A stretch of 64,000 bases of DNA from a bacterium. GTDB taxonomy: Bacteria > Patescibacteriota > Patescibacteriia > Patescibacteriales > JAKAJF01. This document shows, one piece after another, positions 7,159-16,196 of the stretch (position 1 is its first letter; every line of letters begins with the position of its first letter). Where the stretch lies: positions 135,033 to 199,032 of the forward strand of contig JAJYLD010000002.1 of NCBI GenBank assembly GCA_021788015.1, read 5' to 3'. Made by a program: the position numbers and the translations under genes. A model generated the notes under the pieces. It worked only from the letters and a program-made list of their open reading frames with translations, was not told the DNA's origin and ran no database searches.

Positions 7159-9624
7159 TTATTTCGCCACAATTACAGGATTGTCGTAAACATGATCTTT
7201 GTCCACGACGGCGATAATGAAAAAGTCGCTGCGATAATGAACCTCCGCCCATGTGTCGCCGACTTTTACGCCGCCGCTTGATCCGAAGTTGTATCCCATG
7301 ATATAGAGCACGCCCATGACTTGATTGTCGGATTTGACGTATTCGATGCGGCGCGCGATTCTTCTAACGAAGACCGGACCGAAGTTGACTTCGTTCGAAA
7401 CGTAATCGCCGACTCGCACGGAAACGTATCCGTATTGATAATTGTCTAAAATTTTTATTCTGATTTCCTGGCCGTCTTCCGTTGGAAAAACTCCTAGTAT
7501 TTGTACTTTAGGATTGATTACGGTATGATCGGCGTCCGCGTATTTATAAGCTATGACGTTCTCGTTGGCTTTTGTCGAAAAACCGTGGCCGCGAATGGTT
7601 AAGATCGAATCGTCAAGATTGATAAAAGCGTCATCGATATAAGGACGGGCGTCTAAAACCACCTTTCCGTTATCCAGCCAATTATCGTATCGCAAATTTA
7701 AAAAAGAATAATCACTTGAAATGGCGAGAGGCGCCTTTAGGGTTATAATTCCCGTATCGCCGTCATGAGTTATCGAGTCGGGCTGAATCGTAATTTTTTC
7801 TTGATCGGTCAGGTTGAAAATAACTTGCGCCAAATTTACGTCTTTGCCGACCCCCAAGGCGTTTATGGTCATGCTGTTTCCGGGAATAAGCGGGTCGGGA
7901 GAAACGCTCAAGACTTTGGGAATTATTTCAAGCGGCAAAGTGTTCGATTCCATGCCGTTTAAAACGACGGAAACAAATCCGGTTTGCGTTCCGTCTGGCA
8001 CGGTTATTTTGATTGCGGTATCGTTATTTCCCGGATCGTCGGCGTTTACGGAAATGTTTCCGTTCAATCCTTGAAACGTCACCGTTGGGGTTGAAGACGA
8101 ATTCCATATACTCGAACCGGTTAAAGTGATTGTGTCTCCCGGTTTTGCGGCCGCAATTTTTCCGTCATAATTAAAGGAGACGATGCCGGTCAATTTCGGT
8201 TTAGCCAAATAAGAAAGCATTTGCGTCTTATCCGACTCTTCCATGCCGCAAGTTACGGTTATGGTTAACTTGTTCGAATTGGTCGGGGTGGGGGCCTCGA
8301 TCACTTCTTCCTTATCGTTAATGTCCAAAACTTTGGCGTTTATTTTTGCGATAATCTTGTCGCCGTCGTAGAAATTTACGATGGGATAATAAGAAATGCC
8401 TTTGCCGTGAATTTTAATTTTGTCGCCGACCTGATCAAATCCTTTGGCGCTCCATTCCGATCCGTAGATAACCGGCTTAACATAATACGCGAGACTGTTG
8501 GATTTGTTTTGTATGTTGTTCCCGCTCGTTCCCAGAAAAGCGGTCTGCATATATAACGAGCCGGAAATTATCCCGGTCGGCATTTTGAAAGTTAAATATG
8601 TCAAACTAGAATCAAAATCGTGCGGAGCAATCCATTTGTCGTAAGTTTTGCCATCCGCGCCGATAGCCTTGACTATGACAAAACTCGAGTTCGGCGCGGG
8701 ATCGAATCCACTTACTTTTACGGTCGCGTCTTCGTCGGCTCTTATGAGACTCGGAATAAAATCAATAACTTTCGCCTGGACATTGTAATTGAATTGCCCG
8801 ACAAGATTTCCTAAAACATAAACGTTGGCCAACCCCGGGAATGTTTGGCTATAAAAATCAAAATAGGCATTATTGAGAATGATTTGTTTCGGATGGAAAC
8901 GCTTGGTCGTGACTTGCGAAGTCAAATTATCATAATATGGAAGCTCTATTTCGATATCCGACGGCTTAAGATAGCTAAGATTGTTAAAGGTGAGATATTC
9001 GTTTTCATCGCCTATGTGTCCGTTTACCGTGGTCGTGGTCAAAACGGGATTAAAATCGGTTAAAGCGACATTGTCCAGGTTTAAAGTCGTTCCGTCCGGC
9101 ATGTCTCCGAAAGCGAAAACAAGCAAGGCCTTGCTTGTGCCGGTTGAAGTCAAATCAAAAAGCGCGTCTTGCTCTTGCCATCCTTGCGCAATAAAATTTT
9201 CCCGGATCGGAGTTATAATTTGATAAGTGTCGGCATCTTCCAAGAAAGCGTAAACGGAAATGGGAGCCGACGCCTTGGCGTAATATCTTAATAAATATTT
9301 TTGGGAAGAATCGACGGCAAAGGCGTTCGCCGAGCTCGTTACCAGTCCGGCATCGGTTTTTTTGACAGGAGTGCCGGAAGCTTCGATTGCGGCCGAATAA
9401 GATCCTTGTCCGAACATCGAATCATAAGAACGGTAGAAATCGAATTGGCGGGTTATCCCTGCGCCTTCCCAAATATTCCAATTCGCGCCAAAACCGGTTT
9501 CGAAATCGCCGCCTTGGACGAGATTGGCGGCTGCAAAAGCGGGACCGCCTTTTAAAAGACCGAAGAACGCAAAAAAAGAAACCATCGAAATTATCAATGC
9601 TTTCTTGATGACGGATTTTTTCAT
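7159..9624 (-). CDS. Secreted multi-domain surface protein
   Basis: Signal peptide, then a CBM4/9-like start (NLVQGGDFETG..NWNIWEG), then repeated beta-sandwich (IPT/TIG-like) segments. Confidence 0.5.
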   Translation of the reverse strand: MKKSVIKKALIISMVSFFAFFGLLKGGPAFAAANLVQGGDFETGFGANWNIWEGAGITRQFDFYRSYDSMFGQGSYSAAIEASGTPVKKTDAGLVTSSANAFAVDSSQKYLLRYYAKASAPISVYAFLEDADTYQIITPIRENFIAQGWQEQDALFDLTSTGTSKALLVFAFGDMPDGTTLNLDNVALTDFNPVLTTTTVNGHIGDENEYLTFNNLSYLKPSDIEIELPYYDNLTSQVTTKRFHPKQIILNNAYFDFYSQTFPGLANVYVLGNLVGQFNYNVQAKVIDFIPSLIRADEDATVKVSGFDPAPNSSFVIVKAIGADGKTYDKWIAPHDFDSSLTYLTFKMPTGIISGSLYMQTAFLGTSGNNIQNKSNSLAYYVKPVIYGSEWSAKGFDQVGDKIKIHGKGISYYPIVNFYDGDKIIAKINAKVLDINDKEEVIEAPTPTNSNKLTITVTCGMEESDKTQMLSYLAKPKLTGIVSFNYDGKIAAAKPGDTITLTGSSIWNSSSTPTVTFQGLNGNISVNADDPGNNDTAIKITVPDGTQTGFVSVVLNGMESNTLPLEIIPKVLSVSPDPLIPGNSMTINALGVGKDVNLAQVIFNLTDQEKITIQPDSITHDGDTGIITLKAPLAISSDYSFLNLRYDNWLDNGKVVLDARPYIDDAFINLDDSILTIRGHGFSTKANENVIAYKYADADHTVINPKVQILGVFPTEDGQEIRIKILDNYQYGYVSVRVGDYVSNEVNFGPVFVRRIARRIEYVKSDNQVMGVLYIMGYNFGSSGGVKVGDTWAEVHYRSDFFIIAVVDKDHVYDNPVIVAK

Positions 9625-9751
9625 ATTTTTACTTTAAAAGGGGTTTTTCACCCTTTTGGTTTTAACGTTTTAAGTTAGCAAAAACATAAAAAAATGTCAA
9701 GGGGCGCGAAAAAGCGAAGTGTTTGGGCCACTTTTTCGTTTATAAACAATT

Positions 9752-10171
9752 TTAAACCAAATCGGTCAGTTCTTTTGGCAAAAGGTTTCTTAACTTTTCT
9801 TCTTCTCCCTTGCCGAGATGTTTCAGTAATGTTTTTAAAACGAATGAAATAAATTCATCGTAAGACGCGGAGATTGGAAAACCGAAATTGTCGATTACGT
9901 GCAGAATGAATTGTTCTTTGTTCATTTTGATCGGCGCTTTTGTCGGATCCCATTGCTCGTAATAAAATCCGCGGATGAGCATGGGCAGTTGGGCGCCGAA
10001 ACGAACGGCGTCTTCGACCGTGAGCCGGTCGCGCAAGGCGATAAGCACGGCGCGCAGGGCGGCGTAAGACTGGTGGCGATGATTTTGCCAGCCGAATTTG
10101 TTTTCGATCTCGCTTAAAATTTCATTTGTTTTTTGTAACGAAGCGTCGAAGGTATCAAGGCCTGTTGTCAT
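9752..10171 (-). CDS. DUF2267-family protein
   Basis: The segment YAALRAVLIALRDRLTVEDAVRFGAQLPMLIRGFYYEQW matches the DUF2267 signature. Confidence 0.8.
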   Translation of the reverse strand: MTTGLDTFDASLQKTNEILSEIENKFGWQNHRHQSYAALRAVLIALRDRLTVEDAVRFGAQLPMLIRGFYYEQWDPTKAPIKMNKEQFILHVIDNFGFPISASYDEFISFVLKTLLKHLGKGEEEKLRNLLPKELTDLV

Positions 10172-10345
10172 ATGCGTGAAATTATTTTAAATTTTAGGCC
10201 TACAGTATAGCATAAAATGGAGAATTTTTCAAATACACCGACCGCGCGGAAACGGACGCTGACATGCGAACCGAAACGGACTGATGCGAAACCGGAAATT
10301 ACCAAAACATGAAAAATAAAAAAGAATCAGTTAGTAACTGATTCT

Positions 10346-11602
10346 TTATTTGCGTAAAGTTTTGTTCACTCCTTGGGCTATATACCGCAAACCCCTCTGG
10401 CCGATGTCTTTGCGATAGTGCATGCCCGCGAAGGATATTTTTCCCGCTGTGACATATGCCTTTCTGATGGATTCGCCCAGGGTGCCGGCAACGCCTACGG
10501 GATTGAGCACGCGGCCGCCGGCTGTGAAGTGGCGACCGTTCTCTTCTCTGGTGCCTGCATGAAACATTATTTCGTCCGGTCCCAGATTTTCCAGACCAAA
10601 GATCTCTTTGTCTTTTTCATACGGTCCGGGATAACCTCCGGACGCGAGAACGACAGTGGTGGCGTATCCCGGTTTCATTTCCACTTCCGTTCTGTCGAGC
10701 CATCCCAAGGCCGTATTATAAAGAAGATCGAACAAGGATGATTCGAGAAGCGGAAGAACAACCTGCGTTTCCGGATCGCCGAACCTGGCGTTGAACTCGA
10801 TGACATAAATGTCATCGCCCGAAATCATGAGACTGACATAGAGAACGCCGGTATAAGGCATGCCCCTCTTTTGCAGACACATGAGAGTCGGGATAAGGAT
10901 TTTTTCTTCCACTTTTTTCATAAGGCCAGGCGTCGAAAGCGGGGTCGGCGAATAGGCGCCCATGCCCCCCGTGTTTTCGCCGGTGTCGTTATCGCCGATG
11001 CGCTTATAATCCTGGGCCGTACCCAGAATTTTGTAACTAAACCCGTCGCAGTCAAAAAAAACAGAAAGCTCTTCGCCCTCGACGCATCTTTCAATCAGGA
11101 CCAGATCGCAGGCGGAGCCGAACCGGCGCTCAATGAACATGATCTTGAGCGCCTCCTCGAACTCTTCTTCGCTCCGGCAAACGATTGCTCCTTTGCCCGC
11201 CGCTAAACCGTCTGCTTTTACGACTACGGGCAAGCCCAGCCGTTTTTTTGCCACACGCGCAGCCGTTTGGTTCGTAGTCACAATGAATTCTGGTTGGGGA
11301 ATATGATTTTTTCGCATGAAAAGGCGAGCATAAAGTTTGCTCGTTTCCAGCCGGGCCGCTTTGAAAGTTGGGCCGAAGATGAGCTTACCCGCCTCATGAA
11401 ACGTGTCGACAATTCCCTTGGCAAGAAGATCTTCGGAGCCGGGAACGGTTAATAAAACGTTCTTTTCCCGGGCGAACCGGAGAATGTCTTTAATATCCAT
11501 GTTCCCGGGAAGGCGAAAAACCTCGCATCCATCCCTTTCGAGCTTCCATGCCAGGGCGACTCCTCTGCCGCCGCTGTCCACGACTAAAACCGATCTTTTC
11601 AT
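10346..11602 (-). CDS. purD: Phosphoribosylamine--glycine ligase
   Basis: ATP-grasp GARS pattern throughout. The ATG at 11602 is preceded by AAGAGGAGGCTGTG. A locally sampled 60-nt block is about 58% GC. Confidence 0.85.
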   Translation of the reverse strand: MKRSVLVVDSGGRGVALAWKLERDGCEVFRLPGNMDIKDILRFAREKNVLLTVPGSEDLLAKGIVDTFHEAGKLIFGPTFKAARLETSKLYARLFMRKNHIPQPEFIVTTNQTAARVAKKRLGLPVVVKADGLAAGKGAIVCRSEEEFEEALKIMFIERRFGSACDLVLIERCVEGEELSVFFDCDGFSYKILGTAQDYKRIGDNDTGENTGGMGAYSPTPLSTPGLMKKVEEKILIPTLMCLQKRGMPYTGVLYVSLMISGDDIYVIEFNARFGDPETQVVLPLLESSLFDLLYNTALGWLDRTEVEMKPGYATTVVLASGGYPGPYEKDKEIFGLENLGPDEIMFHAGTREENGRHFTAGGRVLNPVGVAGTLGESIRKAYVTAGKISFAGMHYRKDIGQRGLRYIAQGVNKTLRK

Positions 11603-11718
11603 CACAGCCTCCTCTTAATGGTGGTTTTTATATGATGCCACTTTTCAATAGGTTTTTTAAAAGAGCAGCGCAAGTACTTCTATATTCGGGGCTTGAAACG
11701 TTTTTGTCAAGGCAAGGT

Positions 11719-11925
11719 CGCTGCGCTAAGCCCTACTTTTTGTAACCAAAAAATAGGCCAACCCGTCCGCAATGCTTCGCATAGCGATGCGGGCAGGGAA
11801 GTTTTGGGTGCTCCAATTCGCTATCACAATGATTTAGCTTTAGATTGTTTCGCCTTGACGCTTCCGCCTCGGCGAGTCTAAGGCGAGACGGGCAACCCCG
11901 CCCCCAAACCCCACGGTGTTTTGAG
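11719..11925. ncRNA. Structured non-coding repeat, copy 1; family and strand unknown
   Basis: By hand alignment it is about 85-90% identical to 60191-60395. It has several hairpins, one with a compensatory change between copies, and no conserved ORF. Confidence 0.5.
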
Positions 11926-11995
11926 ATACTTCAAGCATTTGAATTTAGGCAATTTTATGTTTTTTAATTCATGTTATGCGTTACGTGTTATGCGC

Positions 11996-13828
11996 CTATT
12001 TAAACGGTTGCACCACGCCTTTGCCGCTTGCCAGTTTGTCCATTTCCAAATTCGTGTCTATGTTCGGCAATACGCCTTTGATTTCTTGGCCGCAAAAAGA
12101 GTCCTCAACCGTAAAATGGACATTTTTCAATAATTGCAAAACCTTGCCGACATCGCCATTCGTCGGGACGATTCCGATTTCAAAATTGGCTTTGTAATCG
12201 CCGCCCGCCTTATCGACATTATTAACCGTCCAAGCGACTCTTTTTCCGATTTGGCCGTATTCCAAATCGCCGGCCAACAAACTTTTTTGATCGAGCCAAA
12301 CGACATTATCCGGCAGATCGGCGGTAATAATTAAATTTTTCAAATCGTTGCCGGTATTTTTCACTTCCCAAACGACCCAGTAGTCGGTCGGAATTTGCGC
12401 AATCGGCGGCAGAGGCCCGATTCCGAGCTGATCGCCTTCGGGACTGTAATAATAGCCGCCGGAAATGACATTGACGTTTGATAAAATTTTTACATCCGGA
12501 GATTCAAAATTGAATTCAACATCATTGCCATTCGTTTTATAAGAAGTCGTGACGAGCAAATCAACGGCGTCGTTATATACGATTTTTTTGCGCAGAAAAA
12601 GCGTTTTCAGCTCGAAGCCGTCTTCTTGCCCGGGCTTAAGATCGCCGTTGTAAACAAGAGAATTGTTGTCGATTTTAACATTGTTTTGATTATTCAAAAC
12701 GGAAATTTTATCCAATTCGAAATTATCGTTAAAAGAAGACAGGTCGAATTTTAAATCGGACAAATTTCCCGAGCTCACGTTTTTAAAATCGAATTTAAAG
12801 GTTATCGGATCGCCGGCGTTGATCGCGTCCGTTTCGTTTTGCAACGTCAAATTCAAATCCGGATTGGTCAAGGTGAAATTTTTTTCAACCTCGGCTTGTT
12901 TTAAATTTCCTTCATCCGTATCAAGAAAAACGCTCGCCTGAAAACTCGAGGCGGATGCGTTTTTATCGTTAAGCACGCGGAAATTTATTTTTTCTTCTTC
13001 TCCGCTTTTCAAATCGGCGAAATCCGCGCGGTTGTTTTTAATCAGATCGGAATCGGCCACGTTCCAATTGTTGTCAAAAATCACAGAGACATTTTTTAAG
13101 TCCGCGCTTCCGTTATTTTTTACGGTGGCGCTTCCGATGAAATCCGTATTTTTATAAATTTTCTCCGGAAGGTTGAGATTAAGGCTTAAGTCGGAAGAAA
13201 CGATGTCGTAATCAAGCGAACTTAAAACTTGGTTTTCCGATCCGTTTTCTTTAAAATTCATGGTGGCGGAAATAAAATTATGACTGGGGACGGCTCCGAA
13301 AATTTGTCCGGTCACTTTTATTTTTCCGTTGGCTCCACCCGTCAAATCGCCGATTGAAAACGTATTGGTTATCTTATTGAAATTGTTTTCCGGATTCACG
13401 GAGATCAAATTAAATCCCCGAGGCAGGTCAAGGGCCAAGGAGGCGTTTCCGAGCGTGGTTTTTTCCCGATTTTTATAATCGATTTCGAATGTTTGCGTTT
13501 TTCCGCTTACAATTTCCCCTTCTCGCGAAATATTCAAGGAAACCAATCCGGAAGGACCGCGGAAGGTGTTATAAATTATGAAAATCACGAGACCGATTAT
13601 GACCAAAAGCAAAAACAAATCCGCAAACAGATGAAATTTGCTGTTTTTGTAATGCCGCTCATGTCTTTTTTTCAAGCTGTCCGTGAAAATGTTCAAGTTT
13701 TTAATAAAAATTCCTTTCGACTTGACTCCTCCTTTAACCAAGGAAAAATCGTCGGAAACCTTTTCGATTTCCATGTTTCTTTTTTCGAGACTGAATTCTT
13801 CTTCGTTGTTTTCTTTTTGATTGATCAT
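11996..13828 (-). CDS. Membrane-anchored protein with repeated beta-sandwich (CARDB/DUF11-like) modules
   Basis: One N-terminal TM helix, then repeated N/D/S-rich segments containing V.N.G...L.N motifs. Confidence 0.4.
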   Translation of the reverse strand: MINQKENNEEEFSLEKRNMEIEKVSDDFSLVKGGVKSKGIFIKNLNIFTDSLKKRHERHYKNSKFHLFADLFLLLVIIGLVIFIIYNTFRGPSGLVSLNISREGEIVSGKTQTFEIDYKNREKTTLGNASLALDLPRGFNLISVNPENNFNKITNTFSIGDLTGGANGKIKVTGQIFGAVPSHNFISATMNFKENGSENQVLSSLDYDIVSSDLSLNLNLPEKIYKNTDFIGSATVKNNGSADLKNVSVIFDNNWNVADSDLIKNNRADFADLKSGEEEKINFRVLNDKNASASSFQASVFLDTDEGNLKQAEVEKNFTLTNPDLNLTLQNETDAINAGDPITFKFDFKNVSSGNLSDLKFDLSSFNDNFELDKISVLNNQNNVKIDNNSLVYNGDLKPGQEDGFELKTLFLRKKIVYNDAVDLLVTTSYKTNGNDVEFNFESPDVKILSNVNVISGGYYYSPEGDQLGIGPLPPIAQIPTDYWVVWEVKNTGNDLKNLIITADLPDNVVWLDQKSLLAGDLEYGQIGKRVAWTVNNVDKAGGDYKANFEIGIVPTNGDVGKVLQLLKNVHFTVEDSFCGQEIKGVLPNIDTNLEMDKLASGKGVVQPFK

Positions 13829-13873
13829 ATGATTATTTTATATTTTAATTTCCGCAATTCATAGAGGTTGAAG

Positions 13874-15862
13874 TTATTGGCCGTTTTCGCTCACCATAAT
13901 TTCGTTTTTGCCGTCGCCGTCGATATCGCTGGTCATAACGGAAATTCCGGTTCTCGAACTTTCATCGTAAGCGAAAAATTTATTTAAAAAAGTCGAATTT
14001 CTGAAAATTTTTACAAGCGGTCCGCCGCCTTGCCCCGGTCCGGTGATAATTTCATCCATGCCGTCGCCGTTCACGTCTCCGGCGGCCACGGAAACTCCAC
14101 CGCCGAAATTTTTGTCATACGCAAAAAATCCGTTTAAAAGATTTCCTCGGTCGTCGAAAATTTTTACTTCTGGCGCATAGCCGCCGGCCGGAGCGACGAT
14201 GATTTCATCCATGCCGTCGCCGTTCACGTCTCCGGCGGCCAAATTTATTCCGCCCCTGAATTTTTTTGTAAAGGTGAAAAATCCTCCCGAAATCAATTTG
14301 CCTCGGTAATTAAAAATTTTTACAAGCGGTCCGCCGGACGAACCGACTCCGGTTACGATTTCCTTTTCACAATTACGATTAAAATTGGCGGTAGCCAAAG
14401 AAATTTTTCCTTTGAAATTTTTTGTATAAGGATAAAATTTAGCGAGCGTTTTTCCGTCCGCAAAAATGGAAACCGCGCCTTGGTCGGAAACGATTTTTTC
14501 CAAACGGCCGTCACAATTCAAATCGGAAGTGATTACATTCGCGCCCGGCGGCAAATCATCTTTGTAGGTAAAAAAGCCGTTGCGCGTCTGGTCGCCGCTC
14601 GCGCTAAAAACGCGGGCGAAAGCGCCGTTCATAAAACTCGAATCCTTGATTTCTGTGTTTATTTTTAAAAGAATGACACCGTCGCGAGGAGCGAGGCGGA
14701 TATAATTGACTTTCGACCCGTCGTTGACCAATCTGTCTTGAGTCCCTTTTATTTTTTCAAATTCTTCTTTGTTGAATGAATAGAGAACGGGTTTATTTGT
14801 CGAATTGACGAGAGAGACGCCGTTTTCAAAATCCCTTCGCCAAAGGCCGGACTTGATTGTGTTGTCGCCTTTGTCCAAAAGATTGTAATAAGAAGATTCG
14901 GCGTGTCCCAGTTTTACATCGTATTCGTCATACCACCAAAGCTGGGAGTGGTTGGCGTCGCCGCTATCAAAAGAAAAATAACCGTCGCCGAGTAAGGCGC
15001 TCGCCAGGCCGAAACGCATCTTTTGATAATCGTCCATGCGTCCGGTATTGTTCGTATTGGAATTGATCACGTAAACGACCGGTTTTTGATTTTCTTTCGG
15101 CAGGACTTGCAAATATGATTTCATGCTTGCGGTCCAACTTCCGTCTCCTTCCCATGGCGTGGGAAAAGTTTCGAAGACGCGGCCGTTGATATTTGGTTGA
15201 TATTCGGAAAGAGAACTGCCATTGATGATTATGAGTTTGTTCGGAAGAGCTTTTCTGGTTTTGGCGAACAAGTCGGCCATGCCTTGGTCCCAGTCATTGT
15301 TTACGACAGCGGGGCTTTCGGCGCGGCCGTCATTGTTTATATCGATTCCGTTTTTGCTGTAATGGCTTATGGAAGAATCGACAATGTCATACATGACGCC
15401 GTCCCATTTATTAAGGTCGATTTTCGTTTTTAAATAATTAACGACAAAATTTTGCCAGCCGGAATCTGTTACGTTCACTGTCCCGATATTCGGCCAGCAA
15501 TCGATCGGATTGCCGTTACCGTCTTTCAGGAGCCAATCGTTGGCCGCGATGTTGTCATAAACATAAGAGCGAAGGCCGACGTTTTCATATTGCAAGGTGT
15601 CGTCGATCATGGCCGGATAAACATAGGCGAAGAGGAGGCCGTCTTTGTTTTTCTTTTTGTAGTAATCATAAAAACCGGGATTATAGAATTGCATTTCCTG
15701 TTGAACAATCAAAAGGTCCCATTTCGACAAGCTCTCCCAATCGGATTTTCCAAAGGTCGCCAAATAAGGGTTGGCGAGTTTGGGGAATGTGTCTTTGGCC
15801 AAAGCGAGACGAGGAAGAAAAAACAACAAAATGAAAATAAAAATTGTGATTTTTTTATACAT
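13874..15862 (-). CDS. Secreted protein with a glycoside-hydrolase-like barrel and FG-GAP/VCBS repeats
   Basis: I prefer the start MYKKITIFIFILLFFLPRLALA (a signal peptide) at 15862. The C terminus has repeated DVNGDGMDEII / DIDGDGKNEI motifs. Confidence 0.5.
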   Translation of the reverse strand: MYKKITIFIFILLFFLPRLALAKDTFPKLANPYLATFGKSDWESLSKWDLLIVQQEMQFYNPGFYDYYKKKNKDGLLFAYVYPAMIDDTLQYENVGLRSYVYDNIAANDWLLKDGNGNPIDCWPNIGTVNVTDSGWQNFVVNYLKTKIDLNKWDGVMYDIVDSSISHYSKNGIDINNDGRAESPAVVNNDWDQGMADLFAKTRKALPNKLIIINGSSLSEYQPNINGRVFETFPTPWEGDGSWTASMKSYLQVLPKENQKPVVYVINSNTNNTGRMDDYQKMRFGLASALLGDGYFSFDSGDANHSQLWWYDEYDVKLGHAESSYYNLLDKGDNTIKSGLWRRDFENGVSLVNSTNKPVLYSFNKEEFEKIKGTQDRLVNDGSKVNYIRLAPRDGVILLKINTEIKDSSFMNGAFARVFSASGDQTRNGFFTYKDDLPPGANVITSDLNCDGRLEKIVSDQGAVSIFADGKTLAKFYPYTKNFKGKISLATANFNRNCEKEIVTGVGSSGGPLVKIFNYRGKLISGGFFTFTKKFRGGINLAAGDVNGDGMDEIIVAPAGGYAPEVKIFDDRGNLLNGFFAYDKNFGGGVSVAAGDVNGDGMDEIITGPGQGGGPLVKIFRNSTFLNKFFAYDESSRTGISVMTSDIDGDGKNEIMVSENGQ

Positions 15863-16184
15863 GAAATAAAGGAAATTTTTTTGTTCAAAACATTTTACCT
15901 TAATACAAACGCATGTTTTTGTCAAATCTGTTTTATTCCCCCTGATTTCATTATAAAACACAAAAACCGCCTTCGCCAGAGAACACGGACTTATGCGGAC
16001 TTGAACGCGGACCGATGCGGAAAATAAAAAAATCCAAGAAAAGATTAATCTCGGATAATTGTTTGAGTATTTCAAAGAAGAATTTCTCACAACCCTTCTT
16101 TGGAAGTTTGGTTTTTTAAAAAGGCATATTATCTTAAGTTTTTATTTTTTATCGAGTTTAGTTTAAAAATCTCTAAGACTAGGG

Positions 16185-16190
16185 TATAAT
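16185..16190 (+). promoter_or_regulatory. -10 box (TATAAT) for a leaderless mRNA
   Basis: TATAAT, then 6 nt (ATTACC), then the ATG at 16197. Confidence 0.45.
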
Positions 16191-16196
16191 ATTACC

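Noticed and set aside
11795-11815. The repeated element contains AGGGAAGTTTTGGGTGCTCCA (copy 2: AGGGAAGTTTCGGGGGCTCCA). This resembles the RNase P RNA CR-I/P4 segment GAGGAAAGTCCGGGCTCCA.
   Set aside because: The conserved unit is only about 205 nt. I find no specificity domain and no 3' P4 strand (ACAGAACCCGGCTTA-like). It also occurs twice with the same boundaries. The resemblance is probably coincidental, but a covariance-model scan should confirm.
11606-11925. Possible ZTP (pfl) or other purine-related riboswitch upstream of purD on the minus strand.
   Set aside because: The minus-strand sequence lacks the ZTP hallmarks as I recall them (GGGTCGTGAC..CCGGG and the 3' CCGCCTGGGCA). The same element also precedes infB, which argues against purine-specific control.
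11719-11925. DGR template/variable repeat pair (the two ~205-nt copies).
   Set aside because: Differences between the copies are not restricted to adenines. Neither copy lies at the 3' end of a gene, and there is no reverse transcriptase in the window.
15863-16090. N-terminal extensions in the ORF track. Examples are 13874-16090, 51360-51953, 50790-51287, 48293-49384, 56217-57272, 57652-58080, 60390-61469 and 18058-18441.
   Set aside because: The extensions run through intergenic hairpins or promoters and precede a better start: a signal peptide, a family-typical N-terminus, or a -10-N6-ATG. I shortened the calls.
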